The translations under genes and the position numbers were made by a program. A DNA stretch of 64,000 bases from Narcine bancroftii (lineage: Eukaryota): positions 4,712,001 through 4,776,000 of the forward strand of contig NC_091477.1 in NCBI RefSeq assembly GCF_036971445.1, written 5' to 3'. Position 1 is the stretch's first letter. Each line of letters begins with the position of its first letter. The notes below the pieces were generated by a model. The model was not told the origin of the DNA. It saw only the letters and a list, made by a program, of their open reading frames with translations, and did no database searches. Shown piece after piece: positions 52,484-64,000 of this stretch.

Positions 52484-54337
52484 AGTCTAAAAACGCAGCT
52501 CAACGATGACCGTGTTATAAGTGCAGAGTTGGTGTTAGAGAAATCTTTGGACCGAGAGCGGCAATCATCGTTTCATTTGTTGCTTACGGCCACTGACGGT
52601 GGGATTCCTCAAAGGTCCGGTACGGCTCAGATTCTCATTACAATACTGGACATCAATGATAATCCACCTATATTCGAGCATGATGTCTACAAAGGCAGCC
52701 TCAGTGAAAACGCACTGCCAGGTACCTCAGTGTTGAAAGTTAATGCAAACGATTTGGACGAGGGGGTGAATGCTGAGATAACATATTCTTTCAGTGATCG
52801 AACCATGAGACAAATACGTGATATATTCATCATAGACCCAGATACAGGAGTGATTCGGCTCGAAGGACCGCTGGATTTTGAAGAAGCAAATACCTATTCG
52901 CTCGATGTTCAAGCTGTGGACCACGGTTTCCCTGCGATTACAGGATACTCAAAAGTGCTGATCAAGGTAATTGATGTGAACGACAACGCCCCCGATATAA
53001 CATTGACATCAACATTTAACAAAATCACGGAAGATGCTCCTCCAGGAACATTCATAACCTTGATCAATGTTATCGATCGCGATTCTGGAGAAAATGGTCG
53101 AGTTCGTTGTGAAATACCGAAGAACATCCCTTTCACGCTGCAAACATCATCTGACCATTATAAACTAATTTCTAGTGAAGCGTTGGACCGTGAGGCGATC
53201 TCTGAGTACAAGATTCCTGTTTCAGCCTGGGACCAGGGATCTCCTTCACTGTCAACAAATAAAACCATCCATGTCACAATTTCCGATGTAAATGATAACG
53301 CCCCACAGTTTACGGAGCCTTCCTACAACATTTATGTGATGGAAAACAACAGCCCTGGTGTTTCTATATTCGCGGTTACAGCGTCCGATCCGGATTTGGA
53401 CCAGAATTCGTATGTTTCATACTCTCTTCTGGCCAATCATATGGGAGACTTGCCAGTGTCCAGTTATATCAGCATTAACTCGATGAACGGTACCATTTAC
53501 GCGCTGCGCTCATTCGACTACGAGAAACTAAAAACCTTCCAGATCCAGGTTCAAGTCCGTGATGCTGGAGTGCCTCCGCTGAGTAGTAGCGCTGGGGTAA
53601 ATGTGATCATCCTGGATCAAAATGACAACGCGCCGGTAATTGTTTCACCTTCAGCATCAGGTGGATCAGAAGCAGTGGAGATTGTGCCCCATTTAGCGAG
53701 TCAAGGCTACCTGGTGACCAGGGTAATGGCTACAGATGCAGATTCCGGGCAGAACGCACGGCTGTCATATCAGATGCTCAAATCGTCTGATTCTAGCTTG
53801 TTCAACGTTGGACGAAATTCCGGAGAAATCAGAACTGCTCGCAATATTTTGCAGTCAGATAGTAGCTCACAGACTTTGGTGATATTGGTGAAGGACAACG
53901 GGCAGCCAAGCCTCTGGAACACGGTTACAATTCACATTACAGCTTTGGAGAACATCACCGAAAAAATAAGTGAAAGTAGTAAATTAGTGAAGAATCCGGA
54001 ATACGTTTCCAATCGAAATCTTTATTTGATCGTCATTTTCGGTTGCACGTCCATTGCCTTTCTGTTGATCATCGTTCTGTTGATTGGCATCAAGTGTAAG
54101 CAGGACAGAACTGTCATCCAGGAGTATAATTACCCCAGTTATTGTTACAAAGGTGGAGATTCGCGCGTCACGTTGAACCGGGGACCTGCAATGGAGGAAA
54201 CTTTGCGCTATCCCGGGACTGGCCAGGTAGTCCGCGTGCCAGAATCTAATCAATATTCTGTCTGCCTGTCCCCGGAATCAGCGAAAAGTGATTTTCTCTT
54301 CTTGAAGCCATGCGACGTTACCACCTCTCAAGCCTAA
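52481..54337 (+). pseudogene. 5'-truncated protocadherin (gene 6), duplicate of gene 5; lacks promoter, signal peptide, EC1 and the first part of EC2; remaining frame open
   Basis: Homology to gene 5 starts abruptly at ttcagtctaaaaacgcag (equivalent to 41484); ORF-track start is TTG within the filler; no promoter module upstream. Confidence 0.85.
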
Positions 54338-54499
54338 TGCTAAATTACCATGATGTTCCACATCATTTATTTACCATGATACCCAGCTTAATTGCAGGAA
54401 TTTCTTTTGTTATCAAGGAATGTTATTTATTGCAATTGAAGTTTTTAAGAAAGTATCCACAGGCTCAAAACAGTTTAGTTTTAATTTAAACTTCTGTTA

Positions 54500-56790
54500 A
54501 GTTAAAAAAAATAAAAGTAAAGAAATAAAACGAAACCCCCCCCCCTCCCCTTCACCCAACTCTCCTAAAGAGAGTCATAAAGAAAGGAAAAAAAATTAAG
54601 GAAAAATTAAACATACATATTAAGAACTAATCAACATAAATCAAAATGTAAATATTCTAAATATAACAAGCATTTACTAAAATTTCACACGAAAAATATA
54701 TAATTTATTCCATTATTAAACAATATTTCATCTCATTATATCATCTATTAATATCAATCATATTTGTATTTTTCCACGTTCTAACAATAATTTTTTTCAC
54801 TACAAATAATGCTAAATATCCAAAAGTAAGTTGAAATTTATCTAATCCCAAACCTCTCAGAGGTTACAAACTGCCCAATAAAGATACTATCGGGTCGAAA
54901 AGTATTTTAATCTTATACAGATATTCTGAAAACAATTTAATTTTCCTCCAAAAAGATTTTATAAATATACACATGACCAGACAGAATGAAAAAAAAGTTC
55001 CAACAGAATTACCACATCTAAAACATGAACCTAATTAACGAAAACCATACTTTTTCAGTTTTTCAGATGTTAAATATAATTAATATAAAATAATATAATT
55101 CATCATTGCATAGCATATATGTATCAATCTAATTACAGTATCATAACAAATATCTAATCAATCATCTTTGGAAAAAATAAAACCAATATGCACTCCCATT
55201 TACCTTTGGATTTATCCCAACCCTTTTTATCCATACCATATCCTATAATATTTAATACAGAAATGAAATATAACCCTTCTCTGGTACCTTCATACGAAAA
55301 GTCCCAAATTTAGTCATTTCAGGTAAAATCATATCGCTACCAAACACACGTTTTACCAAAGATCAAATTTAATAATAAAGAAACAAAGAGTTTTTATCTA
55401 TACCATAGCTGTCCCTCATCTTTACACTTAATTGGACTGTTTAAACCTCGAACATTAAAAGAAGCAAACCTCAACTTTAATATATCTACTAATATTACTA
55501 AAGACCAATAATATCTTTATTTGTAAACTCGTACATAGGCCGTCCAATATGAGAAAAAAATCACAAATTAAAAGCTAGATAAAATGAAAATAAAAAAAAG
55601 AAAAATAATTGACAAACACTCCCCCCCAATAAAAGAAACCACCAAAAGGTAGTAATCCCTGAACAAAATTTGGGTGTGGATCACCCACCAGTGGCTGATG
55701 ACTAATAGAACCTAGAACTAATCTCTTCCTCCCCAGCCAAACATAAAGTAATCTCAAAATATCATAATAACATAAAAAATAAAATAAGAATAAGAAGATT
55801 CTTCTATTCATCCAAGAGGTTCCAAACTCGGAGATCCCATTTCAAAAGAAGTTGGACTCTTTCCATTCCCGTTTTTCCCATTCTTGCCATTTCTTCCAAT
55901 GGTGGACGACGTGTTTGTCCTCTTATATCTGGCAATGAATCAGCAAAAATCATTGCTTCACGATCATCCTCAAAAAACCGAGATTGATGGTCTCCATCAA
56001 ACACCTTCAACACTGCCGGATAGCAAAAAGTAGACTTATAACCTTTACACCACAAAACTTCTTAAACTGGATTAAATTGATATCGACGTTGAATGACCTC
56101 TTGACTCAAATCAGGATAAAAAAAACTCTGCTATTCTGAATCAATAACGGAGTTTTTCATTTTCTCGCATTTTGCACTGCCAGTCAAAGGACTGGCAGCC
56201 AAATAATTATCCAAATAATTATCCAAATAATTCAAATATCAAATTATTACAGGTCTTGGTGGTTGACCAGGTAAAGATGTTCTTCTTGAAGCTCTATGAG
56301 CTCTTTCCAGTACCAAGCTTCCAGAAAAAAATTCTTGCCCTCGTATTTGTGGGATCCAGTCTATAAAAAAACGAAGAGGATCTTGTCCTTCCATACCTTC
56401 TGGCAAACCAACAATTTTCACATTATTCCTTCTACTTTGATTCTCCAAATAGTCTATTTTCCTCTCTAACTCCTTCTCACATTCTCGCAATTCTATAAGG
56501 GATTTTTCAACCTTCAACACTTTTTCTGTATTAGAAGTCACTTGCTGTTTACATTCCAAAAAAGAAGACTGAAAGTTTTAAAAATCATCACAAGATGCAT
56601 CCACACGTGTATTCAATTATGAACTTATTCTTTGAGCCATCTCATTCATTATAGGCTGGTTGACAGCATTTAACTGCTTACATTGTAGTTCAGAAAAGCT
56701 CAGCCCTGCTTTCTCTAACATAGTGGCAGAACCAGGTAAATGCAGCTCCTGCTGCAACTCAACAAAAGGCATTTTAATCATTTGTCAATT
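54500..56790 (-). mobile_element. L1-clade LINE, duplicate of 43570-45950
   Basis: Same ORF1 motifs (ORF 56239-56559); the 3' terminus is lost in a ~160-bp copy-specific deletion. Confidence 0.8.
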
Positions 56791-58415
56791 TTGAAGGAAA
56801 TTCGAATGCTCCGTCAATTAACGACGCAATCAACTGTTTGTTATCGGAATGAATATGCAATGAAATTTGATGTCTGGATTGAGTTATGTGTTTAAATATT
56901 AATAATTAAAATTGCGCTCAATATAGAAATATGGTTGCAGACGTTCCACACGAATGTCAAAATTGAAGACAAATATAGGATAAAAGGTAGAATCCTGAAA
57001 CCCCAACTTAAAACTAGAACCTGCAGGAAACACTGCTGCCCTTTGCAGGGGAATATAACTCGTTCCAACAGCATATCTTCTCCATCATAGATATCACTCG
57101 CCTCCCTTTTTAAAAATTTCATAGAAATATCTATGGATTCTTTTTTCTTCCATCAATCCCTCTCATCCTTCAGCGCGTTCCCTTCCACCTGCAGGAGTTG
57201 CAATGTGAGTCCTTTAAAAAATCTGTTTGCTTGCCTCTACTCAGCAAGTTTTCAGATGAAATGAAGATTGGAGACATTGTCGACAGCGAATAAAGTTTTC
57301 AGAACTTGCAGAGAGATTTGGACCAGCTGGAAAAATGAGGTGAAGTTGGCAGATGGCATTTCATGCAGAAAAGTTTGAGATGTTGCATCTTGGAAGGACA
57401 AACCAAGGTAGGACACATTCGTCCTGTGTTCTATAGATGCAAAGCTTATTGTAAAGTAGAACATAGAACACGACAGCGCAGTACAAGCCCTTCACCCCCC
57501 ATGTCGCACTGACACATATATTCTTTAAATTATGCACTCTACCCACCCTACCCCATCAACCTCTATTTTACTCTCATCCATGTGCATCTCTAAGAGTCTA
57601 TAAATGCCCGTAAAGTTTCCGTCTCTCCCACCATCCCTCGCAAGGCATACCAGGCACCCATAAATCTCTGCAGAATACACGTACCCCTGATATTTCCCCT
57701 AAACCTCCCTCCCTGATAAGTGGTCTTATCAGGAAAGAATAGTTTTGGTATGCTGGTATTCACTGCAGATGAAAAGGGCGAGAGGGACTTTGCATGCGTT
57801 ACAGTCCCAGAGGATTCTAAAACACAGCAGCAATAGAGGTTCATCAAGCCAAATATTTACTTAAACATTTTCTTTAACATAAAAACATGATCAAACTTTA
57901 ACTTATTACTATTAAATTAACAACCTGACATCATCCCCTTCCGATTCTAAATCACGTGCAAGTAATGTGCATATTCTCAGAAAAGTTCTTTGATTCAAAG
58001 TCCAATCTTACTTCTCACTCCTTCAGGGTCACCTGTATCAAGCAATTCTTATACTGTGAACAGAATGTAATATTTCTGAATTTTCACTGGGCGCTAGTGG
58101 AAAGGAAAATGGTTACTTCTCAGGAAGTGTTTAGATGGATTCAGAGAGAGATTTGATGCTTGTTGAACTGATTTGCCACGATCAGTAATTCAGTATCGTA
58201 CTGCAGAACCTTTCCCCATCGTGGAATTTTCAAATGATAACCTTTTCTTCCAGGTTATCCCTTATTTCAGGAGAAATATTCTAGCCAGCTATATCCTGTT
58301 GAAACGATTACAGGGGGTTTTCAAATGGTTCAATTTATAAACCACAACCCATATTCAAAATAGGGTTTCAAACAAGCTTCCTAAAACCACTGCAGAAGTT
58401 TGTTCTCTCTGTCTC

Positions 58416-58561
58416 NNNNNNNNNNNNNNNNNNNNNNNNNNNNNNNNNNNNNNNNNNNNNNNNNNNNNNNNNNNNNNNNNNNNNNNNNNNNNNNNNNNNN
58501 NNNNNNNNNNNNNNNNNNNNNNNNNNNNNNNNNNNNNNNNNNNNNNNNNNNNNNNNNNNNN
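58416..58561. other. Assembly gap over a microsatellite
   Basis: Run of n; the flanks match either side of the 47840-47910 microsatellite region. Confidence 0.95.
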
Positions 58562-58937
58562 TTTGGTCTTTTTCTCTCTCTTTGCTTGCAAAACCACATG
58601 ACCCTTCTGAGAAGAGCAAACTGGAAGCAGACAGATTGCTGACACTAGAATCATCTGCTTGGCCATCTGTTGCTTTCAAAACATTAATCGATTTACTCCA
58701 CAGCATTAGTTCAAGTAACATCTACGTGAAGTCTTCATAAATATTCTTCAAAGTTTCTGTAAATTCACTGTGGACATGATGTCTCTCCTTATTCATATCT
58801 CTTGCAGTTTAAATGAGGTGTCTCGTGTGAAGTGTTACTGTCTTTGCTTGTGGTAATCTGCACTAAACCGCACCCCCCCACAATCTATCTTTTTTAAAGA
58901 TATATAATTCTGTTATTATTACACTGACTTTACATTC

Positions 58938-59692
58938 TCCTTTGGCTTGGCTTCGCGGACGAAGATTTATGGAGGGGGTAAAAGTCCACGTCAGCTGCAG
59001 GCTCGTTTGTGGCTGACAAGTCCAATGCGGGACAGGCAGACACGGTTGCAGCGGCTGCAGGGGAAAATTGGTTGGGTGGGGTTGGGGTTGGGTGTTGGGT
59101 TTTTCCTCCTTTGCCTTTTGTCAGTGAGGTGGGCTCTGCGGTCTTCTTTCAAGGAGGTTGCTGCCCGCCAAACTGTGAGGCGCCAAGATGCACGGTTTGA
59201 GGCGATATCAGCCCACTGGCGGTGGTCAATGTGGCAGGCACCAAGAGATTTCTTTAGGCAGTCCTTGTACCTTTTCTTTGGTGCACCTCTGTCACGGTGG
59301 CCAGTGGAGAGCTCGCCATATAACACGATCTTGGGAAGGTGATGGTCCTCCATTCTGGAGATGTGACCCATCCAGCGCAGCTGGATCTTCAGCAGCATGG
59401 ACTCGATGCTGTCGACCTCTGCCATCTCGAGTACTTTGACGTTAAGGATGAAAGCGCTCCAATGGATGTTGAGGATGGAGCGGAGACAACGCTAGTGGAA
59501 GCGTTCTAGGAGCCTTAGGTGATGCCGGTAGAGGACCCATGATTCGGAGCCGAACAGGAGTGTGGGTATGACAACGGCTCTGTATACGCTTATCTTTGTG
59601 AGGTTTTTCAGTTGGTTGTTTTTCCAGACTCTTTTGTGTAGTATTCCAAAGGCGCTATTTGCCTTGGCGAGTCTGTTGTCTATCTCATTGTC
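58938..59692 (-). mobile_element. Young 5'-truncated RTE-clade LINE (BovB/AviRTE-like)
   Basis: Near-intact ORF C-terminus (EIDNRLAKANSAFG...GSESW...QLRWMGHISRM...CSRC...HKRAC), one stop, 3' end gcgaagccaagccaaag; absent from copy 1 at ~48302. Confidence 0.92.
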
Positions 59693-61685
59693 ACAACAGT
59701 AATAACAATACACATCTTCTCTATCTCTCGCTCTCACTTTCTCTCTCTCTCTCTCTCTCTCTAAACATGTGATAACAATGTATCCCGATGTTGAGAGTTA
59801 AATGTCTTTACATGTTCAATTTAATTTCTTGACAAACAATCTTCTATTACATTATTTGTACCTTTGATATTATTAATTTGCAGAATATATTCTTGCAATA
59901 CTAAAGACCAGTTTAACAATCTTTTGTTTTTATTCTTCGTTTTATTAAAATAAACACCAGAGGGCTGTGGCCAGTAAATATCACAACTGGTTCATGAGCG
60001 GTACCCAGATACATGTCAACATTCTGCACAGCTATTATTGTAGATAACAGTTCATTTCCAATACTAGAATAGCTCCTTTGATGAACATTGAAATTCTTTG
60101 AAAAGTAGGCAATGGTAAGGCCAATTTCATGTTTTTGTAATGAAATTATGCTTGCTACTCCCTCACTGGCATCTATTTATAAAGGAAATTGTCTGTCAAA
60201 AGCAGGAGATTTTAAAATTGGGTAATGGCATAGCATCTCCTTTAAATTTTTTAAAGATCTCTAACAAACTTTCGTCCACACGAATTTCTCCAATTTCTTC
60301 AAAACGTTGATTGAATGAATAGTAACTTCAGTAAACGTTCTATAAAATATCCAAGAATTTCCAAATTCCTCACTGCTTTCTTGCCATGGGGAATAGGACA
60401 TTCAGAAATTGCATACACTTAGCTTGAACAGGTGCAACTTTTCCATGACCAACTACATGAACCAAGTATGTCAGTAGCACTTTCTAATACACTTCTATCT
60501 AAACTGACAGTTAAGCTTCCTTTGGATAATCACGAAAACAATTTGTTCAGTTCTCTCAGGCGTTCTACCCATGTGCCACTTTTTGTGAGCCAGTCATCAA
60601 AATAAGCATCTCTTTGTCAAAAGTTTGATTCCCGAATTTAACATCCTTTGGAATGTTGCACGGACATATTCCATGCCAAAGGTGTCAAATTATATTCATA
60701 TAAACCAGATGGTGTCACAAATGCAGAAATAATCCTTCATCTATCTTTTAGTGCCACACACACCAGTAACCTTTCCACAAATCCAGTTTAGTAATAAATG
60801 TAGCTTTCTCAATTTTCACATTTGTCACATATTTGTCCTATTCCTAAAATTTATGATTATATTAATGTGCTTTAATAACTGAATTAACATCCCTATTACC
60901 TGTACCAGAACACAAGGAAAACTCCAATCTGAGTTTGAAAGTCTAATAATATAATTTTTCAAGGTATATTCCTCCTCCTGATCGATCATTGTACTGTTTT
61001 GAATATTTATGGTATATGGGTATTCATTTATGGGACTTGCGTCACCCACATCCACATCATATTGAATCACTGACATCCTGTTAGGCACATCAGGAAACAA
61101 ATTTGCATTTTTCAAAAGTAAATACTTTAATGCTTCTGTTCTTGAGATTTAACATTTTCTTTCAGATTTTCTAAAACAGTTGATTTAGACAGGCGCACAG
61201 GAACTACGATTTTAAAAGGTTACTCTCAAATGATTCTGATCCATAATCTCATTAATCGAACTTCTGCAACTCTGCCAATAGCTAGCACCTCTGATATAAA
61301 CTGTTCTCTACGACCTTTATCCTCATAATAATGTTTGAACATATTTATTTGACACACCTCAGATTTATTCCTACCATCTGGAGTGTTAACATCATTCATT
61401 TACGATTTCATTTCACATGGTTTAGAAAATTTCGCACTCAGGGGATTGTCATTTGTTAGGAACAAAGTTAACAATTTACTTTCTTTATTAAAAATCCTCA
61501 CTTGTGCCTTCCTGTAAAATAAACGCTTCATTTCACCCTGAGCCATTTCTAAATTCTCTTAAGCCAAAGTCCACACATTTTGTAACTGATCTTTAAATTT
61601 AGAAACATTATCCAGCAAGTACAACTGTATATCCTCATGAACCCACCGTTTCTAAACAACATTAAAGGTCCTCTAATCTGAAATC

Positions 61686-64000
61686 AAACCCATCTCGCTA
61701 ACAATCCCAATTAAAAAGATTTTTTGATCCAAAGAAAATTTTATTTTCAAAACATTTTGTAAACTATCTCTTACTCTATAGCAAAAAACACTAACGTTAT
61801 CACAAGGCCATAATGAGTGTAAAAACGCATCTCTCAGATCATTTCACCGAAGGCACAGATCTGAAGCACTCTGCTTATATCTTTTCAAACGTTTTGTGGG
61901 CAGGAATATTTGATGTATAAAATGATCAGTTACCAGTCCATACCGAACATTTACTAATTTTGCCATACTACATCTACAAATATTCATCCCATGATAATTT
62001 TCAAATTTAACCCCCAAATCCTTCTCCCATTTAAGTCGTGATTTATCCAATTCAATCATATGCATTTTCTGCTGCATTAATGTATACATTTCAGAAATAA
62101 AATCCTTCTTCCCTTCATCCCGGACCAACACTTCATTTCAATTCTTTAGGTGAAAGCAAATGTGTCTCGAAATAATCAAACAACATTGATTTAATTTGTT
62201 TATAACAAAAAAAATGTGTGAGTAGGGATTTGCTATTTTTCCTTCAACCTTACAAATTGTACAAAATGACTCAATTCAAAGCAGTCATTTACCGTTGTAA
62301 TTCCTTTCTGATTCCAAATTTTTAAGGTTATTGTCAATCATAAAAGGTTATTTATTCTGAAACAAAGGTGTATATCTAGAAAATTCAACTTAATTAACAA
62401 TATTTTTACATACTCTTCCCAAATACTTATCAATGAGATTAAATATGTGCTTTCTAACCGCTAATAAATTTACTATTCCATTTATAGATAAAATAATCTC
62501 TTCTATCTTCTCCAATTCACTTCAATTCTACATCTAGCCAAGTTACAGGACTATCTAAGTCAAACATTCTATTTATAATTTTTAGTTGAGTGGCTTTATA
62601 ATAATTTAAAAAATTCAGAAGTTGCAAACCACCTAATTCGTATTTCCATGTTAATTTATGCATAGAAACCATTGCTAATTTTCCCTTCCATAACAATTTC
62701 CTAACAATTTCATTGAAATCCCTAAAATTAGTTTTTGGTAAATTAGAAGGTATATTTTGAAAAAAATACTGGTCGAGGAAATATATTCATTTTTATACTG
62801 TTCACACTACCCACTAATGTTAACGGTAAATCCTTTCATTTATTTAAATCTTCTTTTATTACAGACATTAATAATAAATAATTTAATTCAAATAATTGAT
62901 TTTTATCTTTATTCACTTTAATAACTAAATACTTAGTGTGATTTGGCCATTAAAAGTCTCCCCCTCCTTTAGAACCAGAATAATCAGGTTCGGACAATGG
63001 CATAAGTTCACACTTGTTCCAATTCACTTTATAACCAGATAATTCCCCATATTGTAATAACTTGTTCTGTAACACCTTCAATTATTTTTGAGTCTGTTAA
63101 GTGTACTAATATATTATCTGCTAATAAACTAATCTTATAATTGATCAATCCTGATTTAATCCTCTTTATATAACTTTCCAGTCTTATTAATTGAGGTAAA
63201 GATTCAAACACCAATGGCAAACAATGCAGGTGATAAAGAGCACCCCTGACTCGTAGATCTCTCCAAATTAAAAGATTCAGATATGACTCCATTTGTCATA
63301 ACTCTCGTATTAGTTTGTTTATATATTGCCTTAATGCAATTTATAAACATTGATGCAAACCAAAATTTCTCCAATACATTAAATTAAAAAAGAAAACATT
63401 CCACCCTATCAAATGCTTTTTTCAGCATCCATCGATAAGACCACTTGAACTTGGATTGCTCCAGAGAAATATGTATTAAACTAATTAATTTAACTACATT
63501 ATCTGCAAGTATCTACCCTTAATTAAACACGTCTGAACAATATGAATCAACTTTGTTAAATACTGTGCCAGTCTATTTGCCAAACTCTTAGTCAAAATTT
63601 TATACTCAACATTCAATAATGAAATTTGTCTATAAGAGCCAGGATGGAAAATGTTTTTATCGTTTTTAAGGATGACTGTAATAATTGCTAGTGAAAATTA
63701 TTCCAGAACAGATCATGTATCCGAAAACTGTTGTAAAACCTCAACAAACACTGGAAGCACTAAATGTTGGAATTTCTTTTAAAATTCGAGAGAAAACCCA
63801 TCTTCTCCTGGAGATTTACCATTTGGCATTGAATTCAAAACAGATTTAATTTGTCTCGAAGCATTTGGTTTCTCCAATAGTTCCATCATTGAATATTGGT
63901 AACTGCAATCTGCTTAAAAAATCTCTATTTTATTCGCACCTTGTCGTATTTCGGAAGAATATAGTTTTTTTTATATAAAATTCTCTAAACCCTTTATTAC
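61686..64000 (-). mobile_element. Degenerate L1/Tx1 ORF2, duplicate of 50260-52381, extending past the point where copy 1 is cut
   Basis: YKISLLADNILV (YADD region), GKSPGEDGFS; continues to the window end. Confidence 0.85.

Larger units (their letters stand above)
57797..61685 (-). mobile_element. Duplicate of the Gmr1-like Gypsy/LTR segment, with an RTE insertion
   Basis: Collinear with 47226-50255. Confidence 0.75.
41484..63839 (+). repeat. Tandem segmental duplication, ~11-kb unit: 41484-52381 vs 52481-63839
   Basis: Both copies have the same order (Pcdh 3' part, L1, CR1, LTR/Gypsy, L1 RT), with many substitutions and copy-specific indels. Confidence 0.93.

Noticed and set aside
52403-54337. 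644-aa ORF as a functional protocadherin with a novel N-terminus
   Set aside because: It starts at TTG inside antisense RTE filler and has no in-frame ATG before EC3, no signal peptide and no promoter module.

Overview
Eukaryotic, AT-rich vertebrate DNA from a draft assembly with four N-gaps. The repeat content (V-SINE/HE1-like SINEs, CR1, Penelope-like, RTE, L1/Tx1, hAT MITEs) suggests a cartilaginous fish; this is an inference. The window is part of a tandem protocadherin (Pcdh) array: six same-strand units, each encoding signal peptide, EC1-6, TM and a short cytoplasmic tail in one ~2.4-kb exon. Four are intact (5541, 13299, 19618, 40962), one is a multiply disabled pseudogene (30540), and one is a 5'-truncated copy (52481) inside an ~11-kb tandem duplication. 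Main observations: (1) all units share a stop at the 11th codon after the F(L)xLKP motif and show no shared splice donor, so they look like constant-exon-free (beta-like) genes; (2) four units carry an alpha-type exonic CTCF-like site in EC2; (3) five share a fixed-spacing promoter module whose CGCT/CTCF part is eroded or deleted in intact genes 1-3; (4) genes 1-3 are domain-wise mosaics, with EC2-EC3 shared by genes 2 and 3; (5) the breakpoint that truncates gene 6 is filled by a 99-bp internal RTE fragment; (6) a composite MITE-spacer-MITE hAT element moved as one unit. All alignments were done by eye and TE boundaries are approximate.
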